Shown here: positions 14,811-26,430 of the stretch, piece by piece | How the letters are laid out: every line of letters starts with the position of its first letter | Numbering within the stretch: the stretch's first letter is position 1 | DNA from: Camelus dromedarius | Taxonomy: Eukaryota | Length of the DNA stretch: 64,000 bases | Assembly (NCBI RefSeq): GCF_036321535.1 | Contig: NC_087437.1 | Coordinates: 4,960,001 to 5,024,000, forward strand | Direction: 5' to 3' | Position numbers and translations under genes: made by a program | The notes under the pieces: generated by a model | What the model saw: only the letters and a program-made list of their open reading frames with translations | Database searches by the model: none | Told to the model about the DNA's origin: nothing

Positions 14811-16234
14811 AGAAAAAAATTTTTTTGCTTTTATATAAATGAATAAGAGTTTACAGTAATATATATATTTAATTTTAGAATGAGAATTTTTTAAACACCT
14901 GAGATAAAATAGTATTCTAATGAAATCTATCACACCAAAAAAAAAAAAAATTTACAAAGACCTATGTCCCTGAATATCTCATGTCACTCACTGTTGAGAC
15001 AGAATAGGAAGTAGAAATCATTTGATCTAAAATAAGGAAAACAGAATGTAACAAGAAAAAATATTAACATGGATTTAAAAAGATAACTATCTACTTAAAC
15101 ATTTCTCAGAAAGTACACTGGTGATTTTTAATGTATCTTTTTTTCAACGCAAGTTTTTACACAGAGCTTCTTCCTCACATTTAACTAGTGAAAAACATCC
15201 AAGTATACAAATATCAACACCAAGTATTACTTGTGTTAGAACTTGAGAAAAAACAAATTGTGGTCTTTCCCAATAATCTAGCTCCTAATCCCACTATGAA
15301 ATGACTATGGGTCGCTTCAAAGGGTTGCAAACCTGCTAGGGATTAAAGCACAACACATAAAAAATTATATTTACAAAATCAGCTTAATCAAAAATATCCA
15401 GGGGGAAAATACTGCCTTTAAGTTCTTAACTCAACTCCTGATAAAGTATTTCCCTGATTTCTTCTGGATCTTCCCCAGTTTTGCACAGCACACGAGACAC
15501 TTCCTCACTGACTCCACAGATACTGTGTGTAGGTCTCACCTTAACACAAGCCACATCTTACCCTTAAAAAGTTTAACCAAGACCCTAAATCAAGGTAATC
15601 CTGATGAATTTTATACACATAAGAAAATAAATCTGTGGAAAGTCTCTTTTCCTCTAAATCCCTTTTAATATGGTTCCCCTAAATGTTGCCTGAAATGGCT
15701 TCCATAGTAACCTACCAACAATTCATTCAAACCCACAGAGTTTATTTTCAATGTTTCAGAAAACAGAAAACCTATTATTTCTTTATGGTCAAAGCTTGAC
15801 TGTGTGCGACAGTTACAGTGCTCCAATCACATCCCCTTTCTATGGGTATGCAATCCCTTACAGTTAGGTGTCTGCTAAACCGAGTCATCTTGTTTCTCCA
15901 AGACTCTCATAAGATAACATTTTTCCCACAATCATTTGTCTATTGTAACCTTTACAAAATAATTTCCCATTTCCTGTGATTCTTTTCGTCATTCTTCCAA
16001 ATATAATTCTCCACTCATCTAATTTGCAAGTAATGCTTTTTTAGCATATGAAGTCAAAAATTTAACCGTCATAGATTCTGCTATATATTTTATACTTTAA
16101 AAATATACTCAAGTCAAAAATAAAAAGCCGGAACTTTCCATCAAAGCCCAAGGAATTAAAATCTTCTAGCCTATGGAAGCTTAACCTAACAAGAGACACA
16201 AATGTGGGTTCAACAGTATCTGAGGGACCAATCC

Positions 16235-16395
16235 CAGGAAGCCACCTGTTCAAAAAAATTTTGGTCTCAGGATCCCTACACTTCTTTAAATTTTTGAGGA
16301 CCCCAAAGAGTTTTGTTTATGGGGGTTACTTATGTTAATGTCTAATTATTCAAAATAAAAAGTGAAAAATTATTTAAATATTTTCAATATTTCAA
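16235..16395. mobile_element. hAT-Charlie1-like fragment
   Basis: tttggtctcaggatccct...gaggaccccaaagag motif. Confidence 0.5.
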
Positions 16396-16399
16396 TCTT

Positions 16400-18414
16400 C
16401 ACAGCTTCTTCACCAGGAGTAGAGTTCACCTCAAGAAACCATTTTCCTTGTTAACAGTTCATTCATTCAAGTTTTACCTTTCAGCAATGGAGCCCCACCT
16501 TCAGGCTCCACTTCTAATTCCCGTTCTCCTCCTGTTCCCACCACATCGGTGGTCACCTCCATCACTGAGGTCTGGAACCCCTCCAAGCCATCCATGAGGG
16601 CTGGGATCAGCTTCCTCCAAACGCCTGTTCATGCTGATATTTTGACTTCTTCCCACGAATCATGAATGTTCTTCCTGGATCTAGACTGGGGAATCCTTTC
16701 CAGAGGTTTTTACACCTGACTGTGCCCGGATCCATCAGAGGAACCACTACCTATGGTAGCTGTGGCCTCACAAAAGGTATTTCTTAAGTAATAAGGCTTG
16801 AAAGTTGAAACGACCCCTTGATCCACGGGCTGCAGACTGGGTGCCCTGCGAGCAGGCAGGGAAACATGAACCTCGCTGTCCTTCTCCAGCAGAGCTCTGG
16901 GGTGACCACGTGCACCATCAAGGAGCAGTCATCTTGGAAGGAGTCCTTTCTTCTGAGCAACGGACCTCAACAGCGGGCCTAAAATAGTCAGTAAACCACG
17001 TTGTAAAAGACGTGCTGTCATCCAGGCCTGTTGTTCTGTCTACAGAGCACAGGCAGAGTAGATATAGCATCATCTTAAGGGCCCCAGAATTTTCAGAATG
17101 GTGAAGGAGCACTGGCTTCACATGACAGTCACCAGCTGCATTAGCCCTAACAAGAGAGTCAGCCTGTCCTGTGAAGCTTGGAAGCCACACACTGACTTCT
17201 CCTCTTTGGCTATGAAAGTCCTAGATGGCTTTTTCTTCCAATAGAATGCTACTCATCTACATCAAAAATCTGTAGCTTAGTATAGCCATCTTCATCAATT
17301 ATCTGAGCTCGATCTTCTGGATAATTTGCTGCAGCTCCTGCATCAGCACCTGCTGCTTCACTTTGCACTTTTATGTTGTAGAGACGACTTCTTTCCTTAA
17401 ACCTCATGAACCAACCTCTGCCGGCCTCAGACTTTTCTTCTGCAGCTTCCTCACCTCAGTCTTTATAGAATTGAAGAGAGTTAAGGCCTTGCTCTGGATT
17501 AGGCTCTGGTTTAAGGGAATGTGGTGACTGGTTTGATCTTCTATCCAGACTGCTCAGACTTCCTTCATATTAAAAGGTACAAACTACTATGTATAGAGTA
17601 ACTAAGCTACAAGGACATATTGTACAACATAGGGAATACAACCAATATTTTATAATAACTATAAAATTGAGTATTTAAAGATTGTAAATCACTATGTTGT
17701 ACATCTGAAACTTATATAACATTGTATACCAACTATACCTCAATTAAGAGAAAAACTTTTCTGTATCAGCAGTAAGGCTGCTTTGCTTTCTTATCATTCA
17801 TGTGTTCACCACAGTAGCACTTTTAATTTCCTTTAAGAACTTTTCCTTTGCATTCACCACTTGGCCGTTTGGGTCAGCAGGGCTAGCTTTTGGCGTAGCT
17901 GGGCTTTGACATGCCTTGTTCACTAAGCTTCATCATTTCTAGCTTTTGACTTAAATTGAGGGATGTGTGATTTTTCTTTTTACTTGGACAAGTACTTAGA
18001 GGCCACTGTAGTGCTATTTATTCATTGGCCTAATATTAATATTGTTGTGCCTCAGGGAACAAGGAGGCCAAGGAGAGGGAGAAAGACAGAACAGCGGGTC
18101 GGTGGGGCAGTCAGAACACACACAACATTTATGGATTAAGTTCATGTCTGATATGGACACAGTACATGGCGCCCCAAACATCAAAGATCACTGATCCCAG
18201 ATCACCAAGACAAATATAATCACAATGAAAAAAGTCTGAAATATTGCAAAAATTACCAAAATGTGACTCAGCAATACCAAGAGAGCAGATGCTGTTGGAA
18301 AAATGGCACTGATAGACTTGCTCGATGCAAGGATGCCACAAACCTCCAATCTGTAAAAAACGCAACATCTGTGAAACACAATAAAGCAAAGCACAATAAA
18401 TCAAGGTCTGCTTG
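16400..18414 (-). mobile_element. Tigger1 DNA transposon (degenerate, far end missing)
   Basis: TIR end followed by TA at 18415-18416; residual transposase peptide ANAAGD..KPVL..HSEN..ALK / FTTWFTDYFRP. Confidence 0.9.
17572..17755 (+). mobile_element. Short L1 3' end nested in Tigger1
   Basis: tgtacaacatagggaatac...tgtacatctgaaactta...; degenerate duplication of the Tigger1 target on both sides. Confidence 0.8.
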
Positions 18415-18602
18415 TATATAAAATCCAATTCCCCACATACAGGTTTCTCTACACAAGACACTGTTTTTCCCAGGGCCAATGAGTGAATGTGCATGTGTGT
18501 ATGTACACGCATGTGCACATGTGGGCACACAGGCTCCATGGATCCATAACTGCCCAAGTCCACATTAACTACGAACGCTTTCTCTAAACAGCTTGTTTAC
18601 AG

Positions 18603-18793
18603 CAGGGTGTCTCAACCTCTGCAGATGATTCATCGCTAGAGGTGGATGCCCTGTTCACTGTACAATGTTGAGCATTATGCCTGGCCTCTACGCAATAGAT
18701 GCCATGAGTATCTTCTTCCCTCCCCAGTTAGGACAATCCAAAATGTCTCCAGTCATTGGAGACCCCTCACCACCCCCACCACTGAGAATCACT
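18603..18793 (+). mobile_element. MER20-like hAT element
   Basis: cagggtgtctcaacc...aaaatgtctccag...tgagaatcactg. Confidence 0.7.
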
Positions 18794-20379
18794 GTTTTGG
18801 AGGAAAGTCATCCAGGAAGCCTGACCTTGCGTTTTGTTGCTGTTGTTTAAAGGGGGGGGGGGCAGGGGCATTTAATAAGCTGCATTTTAGCTCTATCTTC
18901 CTACCATTCCTAAATTTAATTACTTGATGGTGGAAAGCAATTGTCCATTCTGAGTCTTACCTGTCAACAATACGTGGAAAACAGTACTGAACTAAACTGT
19001 TCCTTCCAGGGGACTCAGTCAAGTTCCCAATTTCAGGAGTGGAAGAAGCCCCAAATGATCGCGCAGTGAGGATACACACGTACCTTACCTTGTGCACACT
19101 ACCACACGTCTGAGAAGGAAGACAGGCCAGTGTTTCCCAAACACATCAAAACCGGAGATGCCTTTTTTAAAAAATAGAGGTACCAGGGTCCTACCTCAGA
19201 TACACCTAACTGGGATTCATCACTCATCCAGCAATTACTGGCATGTCCACTACAGCACTGCTGCAGGTGATGGGGGAACAGCAGTCAGTCACAGATACGG
19301 TCCCTGCCCTCTCCGAGTTCATAGTGCAGCAGAGGGAGATGGACCATAAACACAGACAATAAACAGCATTACTTCAGGTAGTTCTCCAGGGAGATAAGAC
19401 AGCATAGTCGGACCAATTTCCTGCATTCCCACCAAGATCAGCAGATAGTATCAAAGTATTGAATGTGGTAATTGGAAATATTTATTTTGTATTCTAGTAT
19501 TCAGAGCACCTGTGACATAATTATACGCCTAAATTTCTAGTTGTGTATATGGTGCTGGACAAAACTGTGACCCTTACTCTTTGGGAAGACTAAACAGGTA
19601 AATTCTCTCACAGTTTCACTTCTAACTTCCATTAGTTCAACGATTAAACTCTTGAAAATGGCAGAGTTTAATGATATTATAAAAGGGGGTGGGGAGCTCC
19701 TGCACTCCTACAGGGAGCTGCAGGCAGTAAGTGAGAGTCCAGAACCTGCAGAAGTTCCTGAAAAACACACCGTCTCTGTCGGATCAAAACTACTGAAAAG
19801 CACCACTTACACAGACCCAGCCTTTAAGAATCAGAAAAAAAGGTCAGCTCTCAGAAGATGTTTACCTAATGTTTCCAAACACACTCCCCTCCATACACAC
19901 AGACAGCAGCACTCTGTTCATCCTGAAACGATGCTTCACAAACTCCACAGAAGCTCCCATGGTTCCCACTCCACAAACTGTGTGTAACTCTTTTGCTGAC
20001 TTGTAATGTGTAAATAGTTTATGGACATAGGAGCTTTTAACTTCTCAAAAAAACGAAGAAGGAACTGTAGAGGGAAAGGCTGATTCACCTTCCTCTCAGA
20101 GTCTGTCCTGCCATCTCTGAACAAGGACTCAGACCCCAGTCTCTGATCCTTCCTCATGGCTCAAAGGTGATCACAGACTCTGTAAAATCTTCCAATAGCT
20201 GGTCCCCACAGATTCAAGTCCCAGAGTGTAGAACACAGGATCATCCAGGAACATCCCTCTGCCCAGCCTCTCCTCCTGCACCCCTTCTCAATTGTCACTC
20301 AACTCACAACACGCACATTATAAGGTATGTGGTCCCCAATTAAGATGATGTGGGCAGTCACTAACTCTAACATGCATTC

Positions 20380-22650
20380 TTCAGGAGCTACAGATAAAAG
20401 TCAAATACTAATGGAACTTCTTCAGGAAGACAAAAAGTTACCCCAGACAGTAACCAGAATCCACACGGAGAAATAAAGAACGCGGGCAGAAGCAACAACA
20501 GGTAAAGGAAAAAATAACAATACAATATAAAAGACTGTATAAGCATATTTTTTACTCTTTTCTACTCAATGTAAAAGGCAACTGCATAAACAATTATAAA
20601 GTTGTACTGTTAGGCTTATAACATATAAAGATGTAATATATGTAACAGTAGCAGCACAAAAAAAGGGAGGAGGGCCTGGAGCTACACTGGAGGGAGGAAA
20701 TGACACCAGACAGAACTGGCATCCGTCAGAAAGAGCATCAGAAATACTAAAGACTACAAATATTTTTCTTTTTATTCTTTAAAAGACACACAATGTTTAA
20801 AGTAATAATTAAAACACTGTGTCACTGGGTTTATTATGTAAACAGACATAATATATATGACAATAACAGCACGAAGGAGAGATGAGGAAATGGAGCTGTA
20901 CTGGAGTATTCTTAGCATTAAATCTGAAGCAGACTGTGATAAATTCAGATGCATACCGTAATCCCCAGGACAAATACTAAGAAAAACATAATTTTTTAAA
21001 ATCAAAGAATTTTAAATGGTGAAAAGAAAATACAAAAGGTAATAAAAGAGGAACAGAGGAACAAAAAAGACATATGAGGTATATGAAAAACAGACCAAAT
21101 GGGAGACACAAACCCAACCATTTCAAAAATAACATTAAATAGGAAAGGGTTAAACACTCCATTAAGAAGACAGATTGTTGGACTGGATAAAAAAAGCAGT
21201 GCCAACTATATGCTGCCTACAAGAGACACTTCAGATTCACAGACACAAATAGGTTGAAAGGATAGGAAAAGATACAACACACAAACAATAACCATCAGAG
21301 AACTGATTAGCTATACTAATACCCAACAAAATAGACTAAATTAAAAAAAACTACTTGTTTTTAAGTATAATACTAAAAGTACCAAATCCAGGAAAATACA
21401 ATGAATATAAACATATACACCTACAAAAACAGCCCCAAAATAGGGGAAGCAAAAAATGAAAAAAAAAAAAAGGAAAAAATACACAATTAAACAATAACAG
21501 ACTTCAATACCACACCCTCATAAATGACAGAGCAAGTAAAACAAAAAATCAGCAAGAATAATTTAAGCAATACTATTAACCAACGTGACCTAAATGTATT
21601 GAAGACTCCACCCAACAACAGAATTCATATCTTCTCAGGCACGCATGGAATATTCACGATAGAATACGTGTTAGGCGATAAAACAGTCTCAAATTTAAAA
21701 GAACTGAAATGAGAAAGAATATAATATGCCTCAATCACAATGGAATTAAATTAGAAAACATACTAATCAAGATATTAATATTAATCAAGACACTTAAACA
21801 ACACATGGGTCAAAGACAAAATCACAAGGAGACTCAGAATGTATTTTGAACTGACAGAAAATGAAAATAAAACACATCAAAACTTACAGGATAGTTAACA
21901 TAGTATATAAAGGGAAATTTATGGCTATACACATCAATACTAGAGAATAAAAACCTCAAGTAAGCTTCCATCCTAAACAATTAGAAAAAAGCAAACTAAA
22001 TCCAAAGCAAGCAGAAGGTAAGAAATTATAAATGTTAGAGGGAAAATCAATACCACAGGAGAAAAATAGGGGGAAAAAATCAATAAAACCAAAAGTTGGT
22101 TCTAGGAAAAGACCAATAAAATGGACAAATCTTTAGCTAGACCGACCAGAAAAAAAAAACAAAAGAAGACTAAATCACCAAAATCAAGAATGAAACGGCG
22201 TACATCACTACTGGCCTTAGAGAAACTAAAAGCACTATACAGGAATATTTAACCAACTTTTATGCCAAAAAATTAGACATTAGATAAAATGAACAAATTC
22301 CCTGAAAGACACAAATTAGTTAAACTGACTCAAGAGGGAACAGAAAATCTGAATAGACCTATGACAAGTGAAGAAACAGCATGAGTAATTTAAAAGTTTA
22401 TCACAAAGGAAAGGCCTGGCCCACATAGCTTCACTGGTGAATTTTACCAAATATTCAAATAAGAAATACTACTAATCCTTGACAAATTCTTCTAGAAGAG
22501 AGCAGAGAACACTTCCCAGTTCATTCTACGAGGCCAACATCACCCTCATATCAAAGCCAAACAAAGACATCACAAGAATAGAGAGATATACAAAATGTGA
22601 GCAAGTCAAACCAAGCAACATGCAATAGGGATTGCAGGGTTTGGCTAGTC
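20380..22650 (+). mobile_element. Old L1: inter-ORF region and ORF2 endonuclease part
   Basis: ttaaacactccattaagaagacagattg, tatatgctgcctacaagagacact and tggtgaattttaccaaa motifs. Confidence 0.85.
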
Positions 22651-22739
22651 TTAAAACATTAAATGTAAGCTGACCATACAACTCAGCGACACCACTCATA
22701 TGGCCCTTCCCAAGAGAAATTAAAACACAAATCTACACA

Positions 22740-23228
22740 TAAAGAAGATGTGGTGTATTTATACAGTGGAATACTATTCAGCCACACAAAGAATGAAATA
22801 ATGCCATTTGCAGCAACATGGATGGACCTGGAGATCATCATTCTAAGTGAAGTAAGCCCGACTTATGATACCATATGGTATAATTCATATGTGGAATCTT
22901 AAAAAAAAAAAAAGACACTATGAACTCATCTACAAAACAGAAACAGACTGGCAGACTTAGTAAACAATCTTATGGTTACCAAGTAAAGGGGGTGACAGGA
23001 TAAATTTGGGAGTTTGAGATTTACAAATGTTAGCTACTATATATAAATAATTTTTTAATGTTTCTTTTGTATAGCACAGGGAACTATGTTCAGTATCGTG
23101 TAAGAACCTTTAAAGGAAAAAATATGAAAATGAATACATGTAAGTATATGCATGACTGGGACATTGTGCTGTACACCAGAGACTGACACATTGTAACTGA
23201 CTGTACTCAATAAAAAAACAAAAAAACC
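22740..23228 (+). mobile_element. Younger artiodactyl/camelid L1 3' end inserted into an older L1
   Basis: TSD acaca(a/c)atctacaca (22725-22739 and 23229-23243); A tail. Confidence 0.85.
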
Positions 23229-23329
23229 ACACACATCTACACAAAGATTTATATGAATATTCATAGCAGCATAATTCATAACTGCCAAAAATGGGGAACA
23301 ATTCAAATTTCTATCAGTGACTATCAGGT

Positions 23330-24085
23330 ATCATGATACTGTCACATGTTAATAAGAAATATATATTTTGTCTACCTCCATTCCTGGCACAAAGCTACTA
23401 AAAGCCTCGGAATTTCCTGTGACAAGAACAGCAAAGGTGTCTTTCATTATGTTAATGAGGTGACTTCTGGAAAACACCTAAAGATCGTGTAGCTGCCAGG
23501 AAAATCAACCTTGTATTAGAGGGTTTGAACTTTTAGGCCCACGCACCCCCATCCTGGGGAGGGAAGAGGGGCTGGAGACTGAGTTCATTCACCAATGGCC
23601 AATGATTCAATCCATCCAGCCTACAAAATGAAACCCCAAAGGATGGAGTTCAGAGAGCTTCCGTGTTGGTGAACACATGGCACACTGGAGAGCACAGAGG
23701 TCCCATGCCCCTCCCTCACACCCTGCCCTATGCATCTCTTCCATCTGGCGAGTCCTGAATTATATCCTTTTACAACAGGCCGATAATCTAGTAAGTAAAA
23801 TACTTCCCTGAGCTCTGTGAGCTCCTTTACCAAATTAATCAGGAGCGTTTGATTTAAAGCTAGTCAGAACACCGGGGATAACCTGAACTTGCCACAGGCT
23901 TCAGAGGCAGGGAGGGAAGCCTTGCAGGACCAAGCCCCAAACCTGTGGGGTCTGATGCTCCCTCCAAGTAGGCAGGATCAGAACAGGTGGACTGTGGGAC
24001 ACCACTCTGGTGTCAGAAGTGTGGCGTATAGTAGAAGTTTGAGAATAAAGGAGAAACACAGGAGACTTGAGATTTTCAGTAACAG
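23330..24085 (+). mobile_element. MER21-like ERVL LTR
   Basis: ggaatttcctgtgac, ggggagggaagaggggctggaga and ccaatggccaatgattcaatc motifs. Confidence 0.75.
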
Positions 24086-25394
24086 GTAATAACTGAACGG
24101 TATTCTTGAAACAGGTGAATTTTAGGGTATGTAAATTATACCTTAAAAAACTGTTTAAAAAAAAAAGAGCCACTTGTCTAACCAATCACCAGCTCCCTGA
24201 ATCCAACCTGAAAGGCTGAGCAGCCATACGGGAACTCTGTCGTAGACACCACCACAGGAAAGGGCTGAACTGTAGACGGAGAGAACTAAATGGGGTAAAA
24301 AGGAAGATTTTCTGACAGGGCAGTCAGACAGAGAGGAACGTAGAACCAACGAAAGCCATACAAACTCAGCACATACTAAAATCAACATGGTTCAGCATAT
24401 ACTACAATCAACCTTAAGGGTGGGTCATATTTGTCTCTAGAGATAATACTTAACAAAAGGACACATGGAAAAAACCCTGCTTTTGGATATCACATATACT
24501 CAGCCTCAACACATGAGAATGCAAAGGAAAATGTTTTCACTATTCTAATCAAAGAAATTCAACTCAGACAACCCCGAGTTATTGCTTCACACTGAAGCAA
24601 GCAGTATTTTTCAAGTTACATTGTAATACCCAGACAGAAAAAGAGCTGCGTTAAGGTTGAATTCTGTGTGGGTGTTGCTTACCTGCTTCTGCCCAATCTG
24701 AGTATTAGAATTTTGACTAACAGTAACAGGTAGTGTCCATCTAGACACCAACATACAACAACGTGTGAGTGCAGGGAGAGACGTGCAAAAAAGGAAAAAT
24801 AAATAAGAAATAATACATCTAAAGCTCAGATGAGGATATGATTAGGAGTACAGTAGAATAGTCTGAGAAAGAAGAATTCCTCCTCTGAGTCAGAATAAGA
24901 AAAAGATAAAATCAGAAAGCGAAGTGTAGAAGTAAATGACCTGCATTAAGGAAGGGGATCAAAAGAAAAGCTTATGTGGGTAGGCAACTTCTCCTGGTAA
25001 ATTAGGGCATACAAGTACAACCACATGTCAAAATGAAGAAAGGTAGAAATAAATATTACCAGATACAGAAAAGATATGAGAAGGACTGTTAAACAGCCAT
25101 GAGGGTACAAATGAAGTTAGACATCAGAAAACTGCCCTATCATCAGCCTGGTTTCACTACTTTCTTCACCAATTCTCAGTGGTCTCAGAGCTGAAACAGA
25201 GAATACAATACAAGGCAGAAGTAATCCACAGGCTGACTGAGAAAGTCAAGGGGAAAGAGGAGTTTAAATTGTTTGGAGGCAAGTGATCCCTTACTGAGCG
25301 AATACTACACACCGGACTTTATCAACACTCTCACAACCCAATGCAGACATCACCATGCCCATTTTACAGATTAAAAATGTTCAGAAAGTGGAAG

Positions 25395-26120
25395 CACCTG
25401 AATAGCCATCATGTGATGAATGGATAAACCAAATGTGGTAAGTGTGTGGAAACGTACATTTCCCGGCAATGAAAAATGCAGTTCTGATACGTGCGAAAAT
25501 ACGAATGAACTTTGAAAACCTCCTTAGTAGGAGAAGCTAGACACAAAGACCAAGTATTGTACGATTCCATTTATCTGACGTGTCCAGAAAAGGCAAATGC
25601 AGAGACAAAGTACAGGCGTACTTCACTTTATTGTGCTTTGCAGATATTGCATTTTTTTTAAAACAAATTAAAGGTTTGTGGCAACTCTGCACTGTCAAAT
25701 GATGGTACAACAGCAATAAAGTATTTTTAATTAAGAGATGTACTTTTGTTTTAGACATACTGCTGTTGCACACCTCACAGACTATAATAAACACAACTTA
25801 TATACGCACTGGGAAACCAAACAATTCGTGTGACTTGCTTTATTGCGATATTCGCATTACTGGAGTGGTCTGGAACCAAAGTGCAGTGTCTCTGAGGTGT
25901 GCCTGTAAATCAGTGGTTGCCTAAGGCTGAGAGAAAGGAGGAGGGGTCAGGAGAAATGGGAGTGACTGTCGACTGGTAGGGGGCTTCTTTCTGAGGTGAT
26001 AAAAATGTTCCAAAATTAGACTGTGGTTGACAGCTGCACAACCCTGTGAACTGTAAATTATTTAAATGGATAGATTTTGTGGTATGTGAATTGTACCTCA
26101 ATAAAGATGTTAAAAACAAA
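25395..26120 (+). mobile_element. L1MB-type 3' end, split by a Tigger MITE
   Basis: gatgaatggataaaccaaatgtgg...gtatgtgaattgtacctcaataaa. Confidence 0.8.
25613..25905 (+). mobile_element. Internally deleted non-autonomous Tigger1 derivative (293 bp)
   Basis: TA|CAGGCGTAC...GTGTGCCTG|TA: both TIRs and the TA duplication are present; the host L1 resumes on both sides. Confidence 0.9.
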
Positions 26121-26234
26121 CATATTAACAAAACGTTAAAAACAAAGCCCAGATCTGGTTGCTTTGCCCACGGCCACACAGTAAGAAAGCAGCGGAGCTG
26201 CCCAGGTCTCTCAAGCCAACGTCCTTCTCAGTAT

Positions 26235-26430
26235 GAGGACTGCCATTTATCCCACTTACCAGGTGCCAACCATGCGCCAGAGGTTTTACACACTCTCACT
26301 TAATTCACCAATTCTAGGAGCCAGACACAGTTACCTCCCTTTTCTAGGTGAGGAAACACAAACTGAAGTGAAATAAGTTGCCCAAGGTCACAGAGGGTAA
26401 GTGCCCGGGCCAGAATCACAAGGGATGCTC
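26235..26430 (-). mobile_element. MIR SINE
   Basis: gaggaaacacaaactgaagtgaaataagttgcccaaggtcacag. Confidence 0.65.

Noticed and set aside
16918..17190. Transposase-like ORF as a possible domesticated TIGD-type gene
   Set aside because: Short frameshifted remnant of Tigger1, interrupted by an L1 insertion.
3401..24085. Two MER21-like LTRs in the same orientation as ends of one provirus
   Set aside because: They are 20 kb apart, clearly diverged from each other, with no gag/pol sequence between; independent solo LTRs.
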